From Hydrurus foetidus (lineage: Eukaryota): DNA of 64,000 nucleotides. Positions 37,040 to 49,326 of this stretch are shown here, piece after piece. The DNA is taken from positions 1-64,000 of the forward strand of contig UYFQ01000046.1 in the NCBI GenBank assembly GCA_900617105.1, given 5' to 3'. A program made the position numbers and the translations under genes. Position 1 is the stretch's first letter. Every line of letters starts with the position of its first letter. Under the pieces are notes generated by a model that was given only the letters and a program-made list of their open reading frames with translations, ran no database searches and was not told the origin of the DNA.

Positions 37040-40000
37040 ATGAGTGATAATGGATCTGAAGACGAGTTAGAGCTGTCCAACACAGACTCGCCGCCGGCTC
37101 TTGCCGACCTTCTCACACATCCGTTCAGAACTCTGATCGAAGCAGCTCAACCCATCTTCACTGGTCGAGTTACAAGATCTAGGACAGGAGCAATTCCTCC
37201 TTTAGAAAATCCAAATAGTGATTTTCTAGACGAGGTGGAATTAGCCCTTCAAAATCAGGAGGTTGTTCCGACACCACCTTTAGCACCTCGGGCGCGGAAT
37301 CTCGGAGCCACAGCGCCAACTTTATTTTCGGACAATTTGGAGGCTCAGGATGCAGAGACAAGATTTTCCTTCGCCGACATGGCAAGGCTCATCGACATCA
37401 TGTCTGCTAAGATCCAACAGCCTCCACCGTTGGTCTCCCAACCGAAATCAACAGTTGGATCTGCTTCTATTCCAATGCCTCAACGCCCAAGGCTTCTTCT
37501 ATCCTATCGGTGCCCATATCGGAATATCTGGATACCACCTCTGCGCAATCGAAATTCTTTTTTCGATGCCCAAGTTTTCCAACTCTGGGAAGGACAACCG
37601 CGACAACATGGAAACGTTCATGGTCGCTCTAGGTGAATGTAAACTTCTTACATTAGCCAAAGGCGATCGTGAGTTACCAGTCATTACTGCTCGGAACCCT
37701 GGAGGATATTCACCTAGGTCACTGGTATTAGCAGAAGAAGGATTGTATGATGTCATCCCAGCTGATGACATCTACAAAAGATTACACGATTTGGATCGCT
37801 TATTGGTTATTCTCAATATGGTTACTGGGAAAGATCTACATTATTTGATCAAGCGTGTGATTGCCGACAACGATGCGGTCCTATGGTTCAAGACTATCTA
37901 CGATCACATCAACGGCACAAAGAACAGCGACATCAGGAAGGCAACGGATCAGCTCCACTCCCTGAAGCTCAAGTCCACACAAACCATTCAGGAGAATGTG
38001 GCAACCATCGAAGAGGCCTTCAGAGTCCTCAAAGTCGCAAGTGGCGTGCCCGTCACTGATGATCAAAAGCTTTATCATCTACAAGAAAAGCTGGAGCATG
38101 ATGCAAGATTCAGCGTCTTATCAATCATGGCCTCATCAAAGACGTCAAAGGCATCCTACGACGACACCATCAAATACCTTGTGCTTCTTGATCCTGCCCC
38201 AGCGGTAGCTCACAAGATGGCTTCCCTTACTCCAACCTTGGAGCTGTGCAGACGCCACATCGCTGGCCTATGTACCAACGGTTCCTCATGCAAGTATTCA
38301 CATGCAGCAGCGCCGCCAAACAAGGGAGCACCATCTGACAAGAAGCCCAACAAGAACCCACCTCCTCTCAAGAAAGATCAAAAGACTCCACCGAAGTTTC
38401 CTTTCAAGAAACCAATCGTCGTGTCAGATTCCCACCGATCACTTGTTGGATATCCCAAAGGAGTTGCAACGGCAAAGAACCCAGCTGGATACTCATTGAA
38501 CCAACTTACAACCATCAGGACTTTGCAATCTGCTGATGTCGACGGCTGGACATCAGGAGATCCTCAGTACTTCAATGGCGATGGGTCAAGCAATCACATC
38601 GATCGATTCAATGTTCTTCGCTTCAAGGAACAATCAACGACATCCATTGCAGAGTTTCCAGAGTTCTACCATCTTGAGCCCTTTTCAAGGCTTCGTGAGA
38701 TCAGACGTCACCTGTTCACAATGCTCAACTCGGTCGAGAAGTATAACAGATTCGCCGGTTGATCTCCCAACGACTACGATGGATCTCCTACTGATCCTCT
38801 TTCCGGGATTATTGTCAGCTTCCAAGATCTGACAGCAGCTGAACCAAGGATGGTACACATCTTGGTGGCATTCACTTGGCTTTCAGAGAGTCCAACCATC
38901 TCGAGATCCGTGAAAATCCGTGAAGATGTTCGTACAGCAGACAAACGGCTTATGCGAATGCTTTACAAAATTGGAAACAGGTTCCTGAACGCCGACGTGT
39001 TGATTCCAGACAGGGAGGGTTCCGAAAATTTCAGTTATATGAACTTCAACCCTCTCTCCGACAAATTTTATCATTTCGATGATTATGGATTCTACCAATC
39101 AAATATGAGAAACGTGGAGAAGTACTTTGTTGCTATCAGATACATCATGGAGCATCCTGACATACCATGGCGACTTCTACGTATTCTCTCTTTGGCTATT
39201 ATATACGACTTCATGTCATTCTGCGCTCAACTACTTCGTGATGCATTGCAAATGCAAGCTGACGAATCCCAGACAAGAGCAAATGTGGTATTCACATTGA
39301 ATACATATCGATCCAACGCACAGTTCTTGGATCAGATAGTCTTCCACGATGCTTTCTCTGCAATCATCAACAACATCAAACCAATGCCTCCAGCACCACA
39401 GTCTTATGCATTGCAGACAAGCCCAATCACGACATCATATTCACGTATGAGTGCCATCAACAGAGAGGACCTGCTCAGTGAGACGACTGACCACACTGAA
39501 GAAAATGATGATGACAATGATGATGATGATGATGATGATGATGACGAGTATAGTGACGATGAATCAGAAGGTGATGACATAGACATGACTCCACCGGGGT
39601 CATCATCTGATCATCACAGGAGATGCCAAGAAGACCTGACCCGATATAATCACCCATACGTGATGGGTCATAAACGCAGTCTGTGGGCGTCAATCCAGAC
39701 TGATACCAAGCGTCCAGCACGCAGGAAGATCATCAAAACATCAGATGACAATGAGTTCAAGGAGACTCCTGGAACGTCAAGCTCAATGCATGCTCCACCA
39801 ATGCTTCAAGACCCTCCTCTTGTTACTGATGATATTGTACCAGCACTTAAGACTGCTGGTGTATCTCGTATGATTGCACCAGTCCAATATCCAATCAAGG
39901 AGGAAGAGCAGCAGCCATTGCAACTGGAGCATCCTCCCATGGTACTCGACTCTCAGCAATCTACACAAGATATTTTGCATCCTCCAATGGCAGATTTGGC

Positions 40001-43000
40001 AACCCCTGAGCCATATCGAATGCGCACTCCACCAGCCAAATCACCATCAAGGGATTCAGTGTCTGCCACACGTCGTGCAAAGGCAAGAGCACTGGCTGAG
40101 AAGAAGAGTCTCAACTTACTTACAGTTACAGACAAAGACAGCAAATTCATGTCATTCAAGAAGACAAGTCACAAGACAGTCATTGACAGTGGTGCATCTA
40201 CATCTGGTACTGGATTGCGCAGCAGTCTCCGTGACCTTAGACCTACATCATGCAGTGTCTCAGCAGCTTTCGGGGAGACTGCCCAGCCTACTGAGATGGG
40301 ACTACTCCCACCATTCATGCTCAAGACTATTGTCATTGACCAAATGAATGATACCACACTGCTCTCAGTGTCTCAAGCGTGTGCAAAGGGATTTGTGGGC
40401 ATCTTCACCTCTAAGGACTGCAAGTTCTTTAATGCGATAGATGTCATCCCACACCTCCAGACATTTCAAAGACAGCTCACCCAGTTATGAGTGGCAAGGT
40501 AGAGGAAGGCCTCTACTTGCTGGACTCCAACTGAGTGCAACCAGCTCAACTCTTGGTCACGAGTGTAAAGGAGCTTTCGATTTACGACCACGTGCATCGC
40601 GTACTAGGACACCCTGGCGAAGAGGGTATGGCCTGGCACCGACAGCACACCATTGGAGCACACTACTCCAACTTGGATGCATCTACACCAAGACCAATAT
40701 GCGCAGCATGCGTACAGGGCACGATGCGACAGACCTCTACGGACCATCTTCGTATACACCGTTTGCCATCTCCTTGCTACGGCAGTCAATTCTCACTTGA
40801 CGCGTATACACATACACACCGGTCACAGGCCGGTTATAAGTACTGCGATATTATCACGGACTTATCTACAAGACGAAGTTATCCATGCTTCACGAAAGAC
40901 CGGGGAGCTGCAGAACTTGTCAAAAGCTTCTCCACCCTCTTCCAATCACATCCTGAGTGGAAGCCCTCGCTTCCAGGCGTAGACCGATTCATCAGAGCCG
41001 ATGCAGAGAAATCTTATCGGTCAGCTGAATTCCTTCAATGCCTACACAACTTCGGATATCGACTTGAGCCAACACCACCTCGCGACAAACATGCAAATGG
41101 AATCGCAGAACGTGCAGTAGGCGTCTTATCGATGAAGTGCAACATCACCATGCAACCTTTAGGGATGACAGTACCACAGAAGTTTTGGGATCTTGCCTTT
41201 GAGTATACATGCATCACCCATGCATTCAATTACCATTCAGCAATCAAGACATCACCGTATCATCTCATCACTGGAAAGCATGTAATCCTCAAGAACCTCA
41301 AGGCCTTTTGGAGCTTATGTTGGGTTCACATCGCGCTTGAAGATAGGAAAGGAAAAATCGGTTTTCCTCGTGCATACAAAGCCAGATTCGTTGGTTACGA
41401 TTTATCGAGAACGCTCGAGCCTTGTTTTAAGGTCATCGAAATACTACCAACCGGAATCTTCGGCAAAATTAGGACAAGTAAGGACGTCATTTTCGACAAA
41501 GACAATAATTATAATTACACGGACGAGTACCCATCCGATCTTGACTTTTCTAATTTACACCAGAATATCAATAACGATATCTCTGCAGTCCTACCAGCTA
41601 ACAAGGTAGTTGAAAAAGATTCTGAACAACAACTAGCAACTCCAGCTATTCCAATACACCCTGTACCTGTAATACCTTGCATTATTCAGAATCGAACTCC
41701 TGAAAATCCTATTCCAGCGAAAATACATCCAAATGTGATTAACAATAACAAAATTGTTAATAAATCTGGATCGACTAATATCAAATCAACAAAACAGAAT
41801 ATACCGTTTGATCCAACACCAATTAGAGATACAAATAACAAATCCGACATCGATGATAATGACATTGGTATTAATACACCGATTCAAAACATTGAAAATG
41901 ACGATGCTGTCTACTGGTACTCTACTCATGTTAGAAATCACGAACATTTTCTCTCATTGATTGAAGCAAGTCATCACGAAAAACTATTCATCAATTTCGA
42001 TCAACTCAATGTGCCAAAATCATTCTGGAAAGCTATGGCTATACCTGAATGGAAAAACGCAATAGATACTGAATTAAAGAAATTCGAGAAGAACTCATGT
42101 TTACATGTAGTACCATACATTGACCAACACCTGGTACCAATGATGTGGCTTTTTAGTATAAAAACCGACGGTACGAAAAAGGCCCGTTTAGTGGGACGGG
42201 GAGATATGATGATACCACTCGTGGACTTCGACCCCGACGCCGTATACTGCGGAAATGTATCATCGTGTTCCATCAAGATGGCACTAAGCATTGCAGCAGC
42301 ATATGGACTAGTAATGAAAGGAGGTGACCTCATTGGTGCTTACCTCATTACAAGAGCAAATGTTAACTTCCCGGTGCACATAAAGACACCGCAGGGATAC
42401 ACTTGCCCACCCGGTTTCTGCTTTCAGGCTGTCGGCAATCTTTATGGATTCCCACCTGCAGGGCAAAACTTTTCCATAGAGTTTGATATTTGTATCTTCG
42501 AGTGTGGTTACAAGAACACACCCTGGGACCTCAAGTTCTTCTTTAAATGGACCACAGATGGTAGACCCATGCTTATCATCGCTCACAGTGATGACTTCAG
42601 ATGGTTTGGTCCTTCGGACAAACTTGATGAATGGGATCTGATCATCGCCACCTTCAATGCACACAAATATGAAGTCACTGATGCAACTGACAAGGAGTTC
42701 GTTGGTATTCGTATTCAGCGTGATGAAGATGGCACATATTATATGGATCAACATCGCATGATTGATTCAATAATAAAAGAGGCTAATATATCTGGTGCAA
42801 AGGACATGCACTTACCATACCCGACTGGGGACCAAGAACCTGCATTGTCGAAACTAGACAACGCTTCTACCCCTGAGGAACGTATGCAGTGTATGAAGTA
42901 CCCGTACAGGAGGGTCGTGGGTCAACTAATGTACGGTATGGTACATACCATGGTCGGCATTCTGTATGCACTCAATGTACTATCCCGTTATGGTAACAAC

Positions 43001-43609
43001 CCAGGTCCCAGACATATTAAATTCCTCAAACACTTATTGCAGTACTGCAAGTACGCACGAAGTGATCGACTAGTGTTCCATGGACACGATGGACCCAGAG
43101 ACATCGAGACTATGACAACGCTACTCCAACTCCGGTTTCAATGCGATGCAGATTTGGGTGGTAATCCCGACAATAGCCACTCCCAGACTGCATACCTTGG
43201 ATACCTCGGCCGTAACCTTATCTGCTGGTGTTCCACCGACCAAGGCAGCATATCAACATCAACGGCAGAGTCGGAAATCAAGGCTGTCAACCACACACTC
43301 AAAGCAGAGGTCATAGCCAACAGAGGCATCCTAAACATGATGGGATGGGTCCAAGGTCCAACCTCTATTGAAGAAGACAACCAAGCCTGTATATACCATT
43401 CTAAGGCAGCACACATGACACGCAACCTACGGCACCTCGACCTCACCGAAAACTGGGTCAAAGAGAAGGTTGCTGATGGTACTTGCGTAGTTGTTAAAGT
43501 TAAATCGTGCGATAATAATTCAGATATTGGTACAAAAAGAGTTTCTCTACCAATATTTAATAAACTTCTAAATCAAATTATAGATCAGTCTCAGAGACGA
43601 AATCTTTAA
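37040..43609 (+). pseudogene. gag-pol: Copia gag-pol polyprotein with frameshifts (about 37475, 37557, 40455-40535) and an in-frame TGA at 38760
   Basis: CCCH finger CRRHIAGLCTNGSSCKYSH; protease VIDSGAS; HHCC HVHRVLGH..CAAC; integrase SLDAY/RADAE/NGIAER; RT KKARLVGRG and AHSDDF; RNase H CDAD/AESE/EDNQ. Copia domain order. Confidence 0.92.
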
Positions 43610-43741
43610 ACAGCACTATACTAATTATGTTTTAATATTGTATTTGTCTTGATCACACATATACTATGTTAATTCTAATATCATAAAGGTAGCTCATAAG
43701 TAAACATGCATTATTTTACACTACATCTTCACTACGGGGAG

Positions 43742-44284
43742 TGTCAGACCACTTGATTATATCAAGATATTTCTGTAGTAATATAGTTACAAATATAGTT
43801 GCAAATATAGATATAAATAAAATATACACATGTACGTTATGCGGCATGTACCTACGTAAGAACACATGCAGATAAGATAACATGCACACGTACACACGTA
43901 CTTACAAATGTTAGTGCATACTCATTTATGCACACGTACACACATGTTCTTACACATGTACGTACATAGTCAATATGTACGTACATAGTCAATTTGTACG
44001 TACGTACGTACGCCCGCACGCATGTAGCATAGCGTACACTTGTATGGTCACGTACACACGTACACACGTACGTGCACATGTTGGTACAAATTATTATATG
44101 CATACGTACACACACGTACACACACGTACTTACACATGTATGTACATATCTAATATGTACGTATGTACGATCGCCTATAGCGTAGTACATAGATGTATAG
44201 GCGTACATACGTAAGTACTCCTGTACTTGCGCATGTACGTTCTTATACATACACATGCATACGTACTCCTATAATATCGCCATA
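43742..44284 (+). repeat. Copia copy 2 3' LTR, left fragment
   Basis: Begins TGTCAGACC after the PPT and breaks at GCCATA, where the transposon B TIR starts. Confidence 0.9.
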
Positions 44285-44716
44285 CCGTCGCCGACCCTAT
44301 GTTTGCGGGGGACTTGAGAGTATACCCGTGACATAGGACTTCTTTTTGTCCGAGGAGTAGGAGATCATACTTATTGGACCTTCTGCACTCCAAGCACAAC
44401 TACAAATTCAAAATTGCTTCCCCTGCAATTCTGAGTGGTGCATTCTGTCACTTGAGTTTTGTTCTCTCATCGTGCAACAGGTTCTATTCGTTGAAGACCA
44501 GATCGCATCGCTGGAGTTTTTACACGGAGCCATCATCAATTTCGACACGGTCCGTAAGCAGCTGAATATTTATTAAGGGATAGCCCAATCTGCAGAACTG
44601 TCAGCTAATCGACCTCAAGATAAATGTATAGAAACAGAATCTGTTTTGTCCGGCAGGCCACGAGGTCTACTTAATTTCAAAATTGACATGTCCTCCAATT
44701 ACCTTGTTTTTTAGTC

Positions 44717-45529
44717 ATGCCGCTGATTGCGACTATCGATTGCACAGCGAGTGGGCTATTCGCGTTGGATAAGAGAATCAAGGTCAAGAAAGGGTCTACT
44801 TGCAGGTTGAAGCGTAACTTCGACAATCTGCACGGTGAGCGTCTTATCAATATAGCCCTCAGGAAGCGAACTTTATTTGATGTCCTCACCAAAAATATTT
44901 TCTGCCAAGTACATGCTTATTTTCTGAATGCTAATTGATGCTGACAATTTACACTAGATAAGGTGCGAGGTGAATCGCTGCCCAAATTTTCTCTATTTCT
45001 CTTACTTATAGTTTCTAGCAGCTTAAGTGCTGCGTCAGTATTCGACGAAGAGTTCCTCAGTATTCCCTGCATAGTCAGAACTGCTGAACACCTAGCACTC
45101 TACGGAGAAATCCCTCACTTCTCAACAACAACTTATCTGCTACCACAGTCATTTGTGCTGTAGACTTACGACCCGTTAATTATTGTGCTCTTACTGATAC
45201 CATGTTTTTTTTGCTGATTATTAGATACGAACTGTATCCAAGTGCTCGCCCCTGATGATATGGACGGCGACAACAAAGGGTTTTATGACCCTGGTGAGCA
45301 CATAGGAAATCTGCGGAGGGAATGGGCGGCATTGCTTGCTCCCATATTAGATATGCTAATTGAAACTGATACGTTGTACTCTGTATCTTTTGATTGCTGT
45401 TTGTATCATGGAGACACATCGCACGCCAGAAACGGTTACGCATTGAGAATTTTTGTAGTCAGTAGTAATACAACTGAATTCAATCTAAAACTCTCATCCT
45501 TCTTCAGTGACTCTCAATCACAGTACTGA
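44717..45529 (+). CDS. Stand-alone HIRAN-like domain protein (140 aa; intron 44835-45224) inside transposon B
   Basis: Spliced product MPLIATIDCTASGLFALDKRIKVKKGSTCRLKRNFDNLH-DTNCIQVLAP...PGEHIGNLRREWAALLAPILD, homologous to 28688-29229. Confidence 0.75.
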
Positions 45530-45644
45530 TGAATTCTCGTACTCTGCATTTCTGTGATTTGAATGATAAGCACTGTTTTATTCAATCTGAACCGAATTAC
45601 TTGCATGTAATTACTAATTGTTTTTTATAATACATGTTTGTATA

Positions 45645-46022
45645 AGATATATTAGTGAAGAAAAAATGCGAAAAGTAGAGTGCAAGTTGTGCGTTTGGCT
45701 ATCGCTATAACTACTTCTGACATGATGACCGTGTTAGTGGCAGTAAGTACGTGAAAACCGTACGTGCAATATTATCATTTTTTCTTGAAATCAATGTCCC
45801 ATACGTATGTGTAATATATTAGTGAAGAAAAAATGCAAAAAGTAGAGCGCAAGTTGTGTGTTTGGCTATCGCTATAACTACTTCTGACATGATGACCGTG
45901 TTAGTGGCAGTAGGTACGTGAAAACCGTACTTGCAATATTATCATTTTTTCTTGAAATCAATGTCCCATACGTATGTGTAACATATAAGTGAGAAAAAAT
46001 GCGAAAAGTGGAGTGCAATTTG
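45645..46022. repeat. 167-bp tandem repeat, about 2.2 copies, between the 3' ends of the two genes of transposon B
   Basis: ATTAGTGAAGAAAAAATGC.. at 45651 and 45818, partial copy near 45985. Confidence 0.85.
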
Positions 46023-46033
46023 GCGATATTAAA

Positions 46034-48661
46034 TTACAAACTCTCTATAAAATTCATTGCCTCTGTTATCTCATGATCGTATTCTAACATGGCACTATCA
46101 TATTCTAACATAAAATTGATCGTAGGTATTTCTCCATTTGTCTCATCTAACGCAATGTCACTAAAGTCAACACTGTTATGACTGGAGGTTGAAGAAGTCC
46201 CAGTAGGTATAACCTTCATTGTGCCACATAAATTATGTTTTGAGTACGGTTGAAAGATTGGTTGTGACACATCGCTATCATCTAATGGAACACAACCTGT
46301 ACTTATGAATGACCTTTTTACTCCTTCAGCAAATTTCATCTCTTTGAATCCACCAGCTAAAAGATCGAATAGATCTTGAATGCCTTGGAGCATCTTGGGT
46401 TTAGGGGGTTGAAAGACAGGTAACGTACGTTCATGTACATCTTTTGCTGATTCTTCTTCGTACTTTTTTTTAAAAGCCTGGAAACTTTCCACTATTCTAG
46501 CTCCTCTCAAATTTCTTGTGTGTGCTTTCAGAGGCCCATTAACAACCAAATCTAATACTTGTAGAACACCTGTCATATTGGGGGGCAAACAAGCTATTTG
46601 TACACCTAACTCACTGATTACCTCATCAACCATATTTGTTTTGTGACATCCACAATTGTCAAACCATATCATTAACTTTCCTAGCCTTGATTTCAGTGGT
46701 TTTACAACAGTTTCTAACCACATGATCATTCTAACTGTATCGTTCCATGCCTTGAACTGACTAGTTATAACATGACCTGTAACTTTGTTAATAATATAGT
46801 AACATGCATGAGTATTTGTCACACCTTTTATTGTCAACTCTTTTGTCCACTTAATTAGATCCCATTCATCATCTACACCAAATCCTTTATTCTTTTTATG
46901 GAGGTCCTGTATAACCCTCATCCCTGATTGGTCTGGTCTTTCTTCTGAGCTAACTGAGTGTTTAATGATAATGAATAAAGGCACAAACTCGGCATTACCA
47001 CTTACCGCTACAACCGCTGTTATGCCAAGCATCGTATTAGGTATACCAATATTCTGAGCGCGTTGTTGGTCGGGTGGACAGTACATGTATTCCGGGCCTA
47101 TCGCGTAGGTAAACGCTGTTTCATCCATATTTATTGTTGTATCTCTGGTGTGTCCAAAGTCTTTGTACATTGATTGACCGATTTCCATTATCCTCTTTAT
47201 TTCTTCATCTGATGGTACATTTTTATCATCAGTCGTTATCTTTCTTCTACGCATGTTTGCCCGCGTCAAAAATTTTCGAACCCATTTTGAACTGAACTCA
47301 AGAGCTTGTATTTTATCATCATTAATCTACCTATCACCCGCTTGAACAGTCTTTGCAGCTTGTTCGATTATTGCATAAGTGTAAACGACACTGACCAGGA
47401 TACGTGGAACGTTGGTGAGGACAACCTCAACCTATCAAGATAGACACACGTACGTACGTTCGATATCTTAGTATTTGAGTTAGCAAAACGTGTATATACA
47501 TTACTGTGTAGTAAGATGCAGATCACTCACAAAAATGATAACAGATTATTTGATGTAATAAAATGATGTATCACGGTGAATTTTGATGATACTTACATTT
47601 TTTTGCTCAAATTCACATATCATTAAATTACCCCAGACATCAGCCTCGAATTCCACAGAGATCTTTCTCCCACATGTTTTTTTCATCACATCCCTTTTGA
47701 CTACCCACCTCACTATTGTTTCCATAACAAGTTCAGAATATCTTGCATGTTTAATTAAAATTTCCTTGGTGTGAGTAGCTGTCACAATATTATTAGCTCT
47801 GTATTTTTCACCCTCTAACTCACTGCGAGCTGTAATTATAGCATCAAATAATGAGATAACCAGCTGTATCCCATGCAATTTGAACCTTATATTTTTATTA
47901 GGAAACTTTCCCAGCATTTGGTGGACAGCGGAATGGTTTATTATTTGTGATATTGTCACAGTATCATCAACGTTATCGTCGTCGAATATCTTTCGCCGTA
48001 CAGCTTCTAAAGCACCAGCGCTTCGCGATGTAGATTCTTTTATTGCAGCATTGATGTATATTGTAGGTGACTCATTAGCAGCGCAAATACTATTTGACAC
48101 GAACTCATATACTTCTTTTGCGTATCTTCCCATCTGCCTGTCACCGATTTCTTCACCTTTCTTTCTCCGTTTGAACGATTCAGACTTTGCATTATTGACG
48201 TCCAGCTGATTTAACCATAATAAACCGTTAATCTCACTGATTGACAAATACTTTGAATCTGCTGTGCATGTTTTAATTAGCAATGTGTTCGCAGTACTTG
48301 TAATTTCTGTAACTAAGTAGTCACGTGACTTATCACCATTCAAATTATTTGTCCCGAACTTTATATCTGTTCCCCTGCTCCTTGCCGCCAAGTCCATGAA
48401 AGCTTCCGTTCTCATTTCTCCCTTAGAGCTAATACTAATGACGCTGCAACCAAATTCCTCGATGGTCTTCTTGAAGATGCTCAGACCTTGATGCAAGGCC
48501 AACGCATCGAATCTGAAGTTGTGGTCTTCGTAGTGATCCATCATCCGCAGCTCAGCGCTAAGAGAACCGATCGACGACTGGTGATTTACAGGCTTACTAG
48601 GACGACAAACGAGCGCTATGGCGACTGAGAAAGCGCACAATTTAACCGATAGAGATACCAT
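46034..48661 (-). pseudogene. DD35D pogo-type transposase of element B (intron 47596-47432) with one in-frame TAG at 47329-47327
   Basis: Homologous over its length to 26024-28581 (MDETAFTYAIGP, WFDNCGCH, LPPNMTGVLQVLD), with an equivalent intron position. The stop aligns with Tyr in element A. Confidence 0.85.
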
Positions 48662-48796
48662 CTGCAGTAATCGGATAAAATAGTTCAAAATTCACATTCA
48701 GAAGCGATGCAGATATGCAGGCCTGCCGGACAACATCGATTATCTAACTAGATGTACTAACAAACGCATAAATCATCGCTAGAGGTTGCTCGATCC

Positions 48797-49012
48797 TGTG
48801 GTCTCACTAGGACTCTGGGCTGGAACGGAGGGCTGCTGGAACGCGGGCGAAGGAAAGGGGGTGATGGGGCTGGTGCTATGGATAGCAAAGTGGTTAGCTT
48901 ACAGATAAACACAGCAGGTATCATGGCAATGAATCGTGTGGATCGGATCGTCCTCGATCCGATCCGAACGTACGCCTGTACCCGTACCGCCCGTACGGGT
49001 GTACGGGTCACA
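48797..49012 (-). repeat. Gypsy A 3' LTR (216 bp)
   Basis: Identical to 56100-56315. Confidence 0.96.
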
Positions 49013-49326
49013 GTGCCCCTCTCTATCTAAAGGGGTGTACTAACTAACAAAATTCATCATCAAAATACTAACTATGAATAGATCCTAACTATTGAAAAAC
49101 TATTTCAGACTGAAACCGGAAGTTTCGTACTGAATAAACCTCCATAAAACCCGTTGGAATTCAATGTAGGAGGAATCTTTATGATTTAGTGAATCAAAAT
49201 GTTGTGTTTTGGTTTTGGTTTTGTTTTTGTTTTTGTTTTGGTTTTGGTCTTTTTTTTTTTTTTATTTTATTTTATTTTATTTTATTTTATTTTATTTTAT
49301 TATTATTTTTTTTTATATGATATCGG

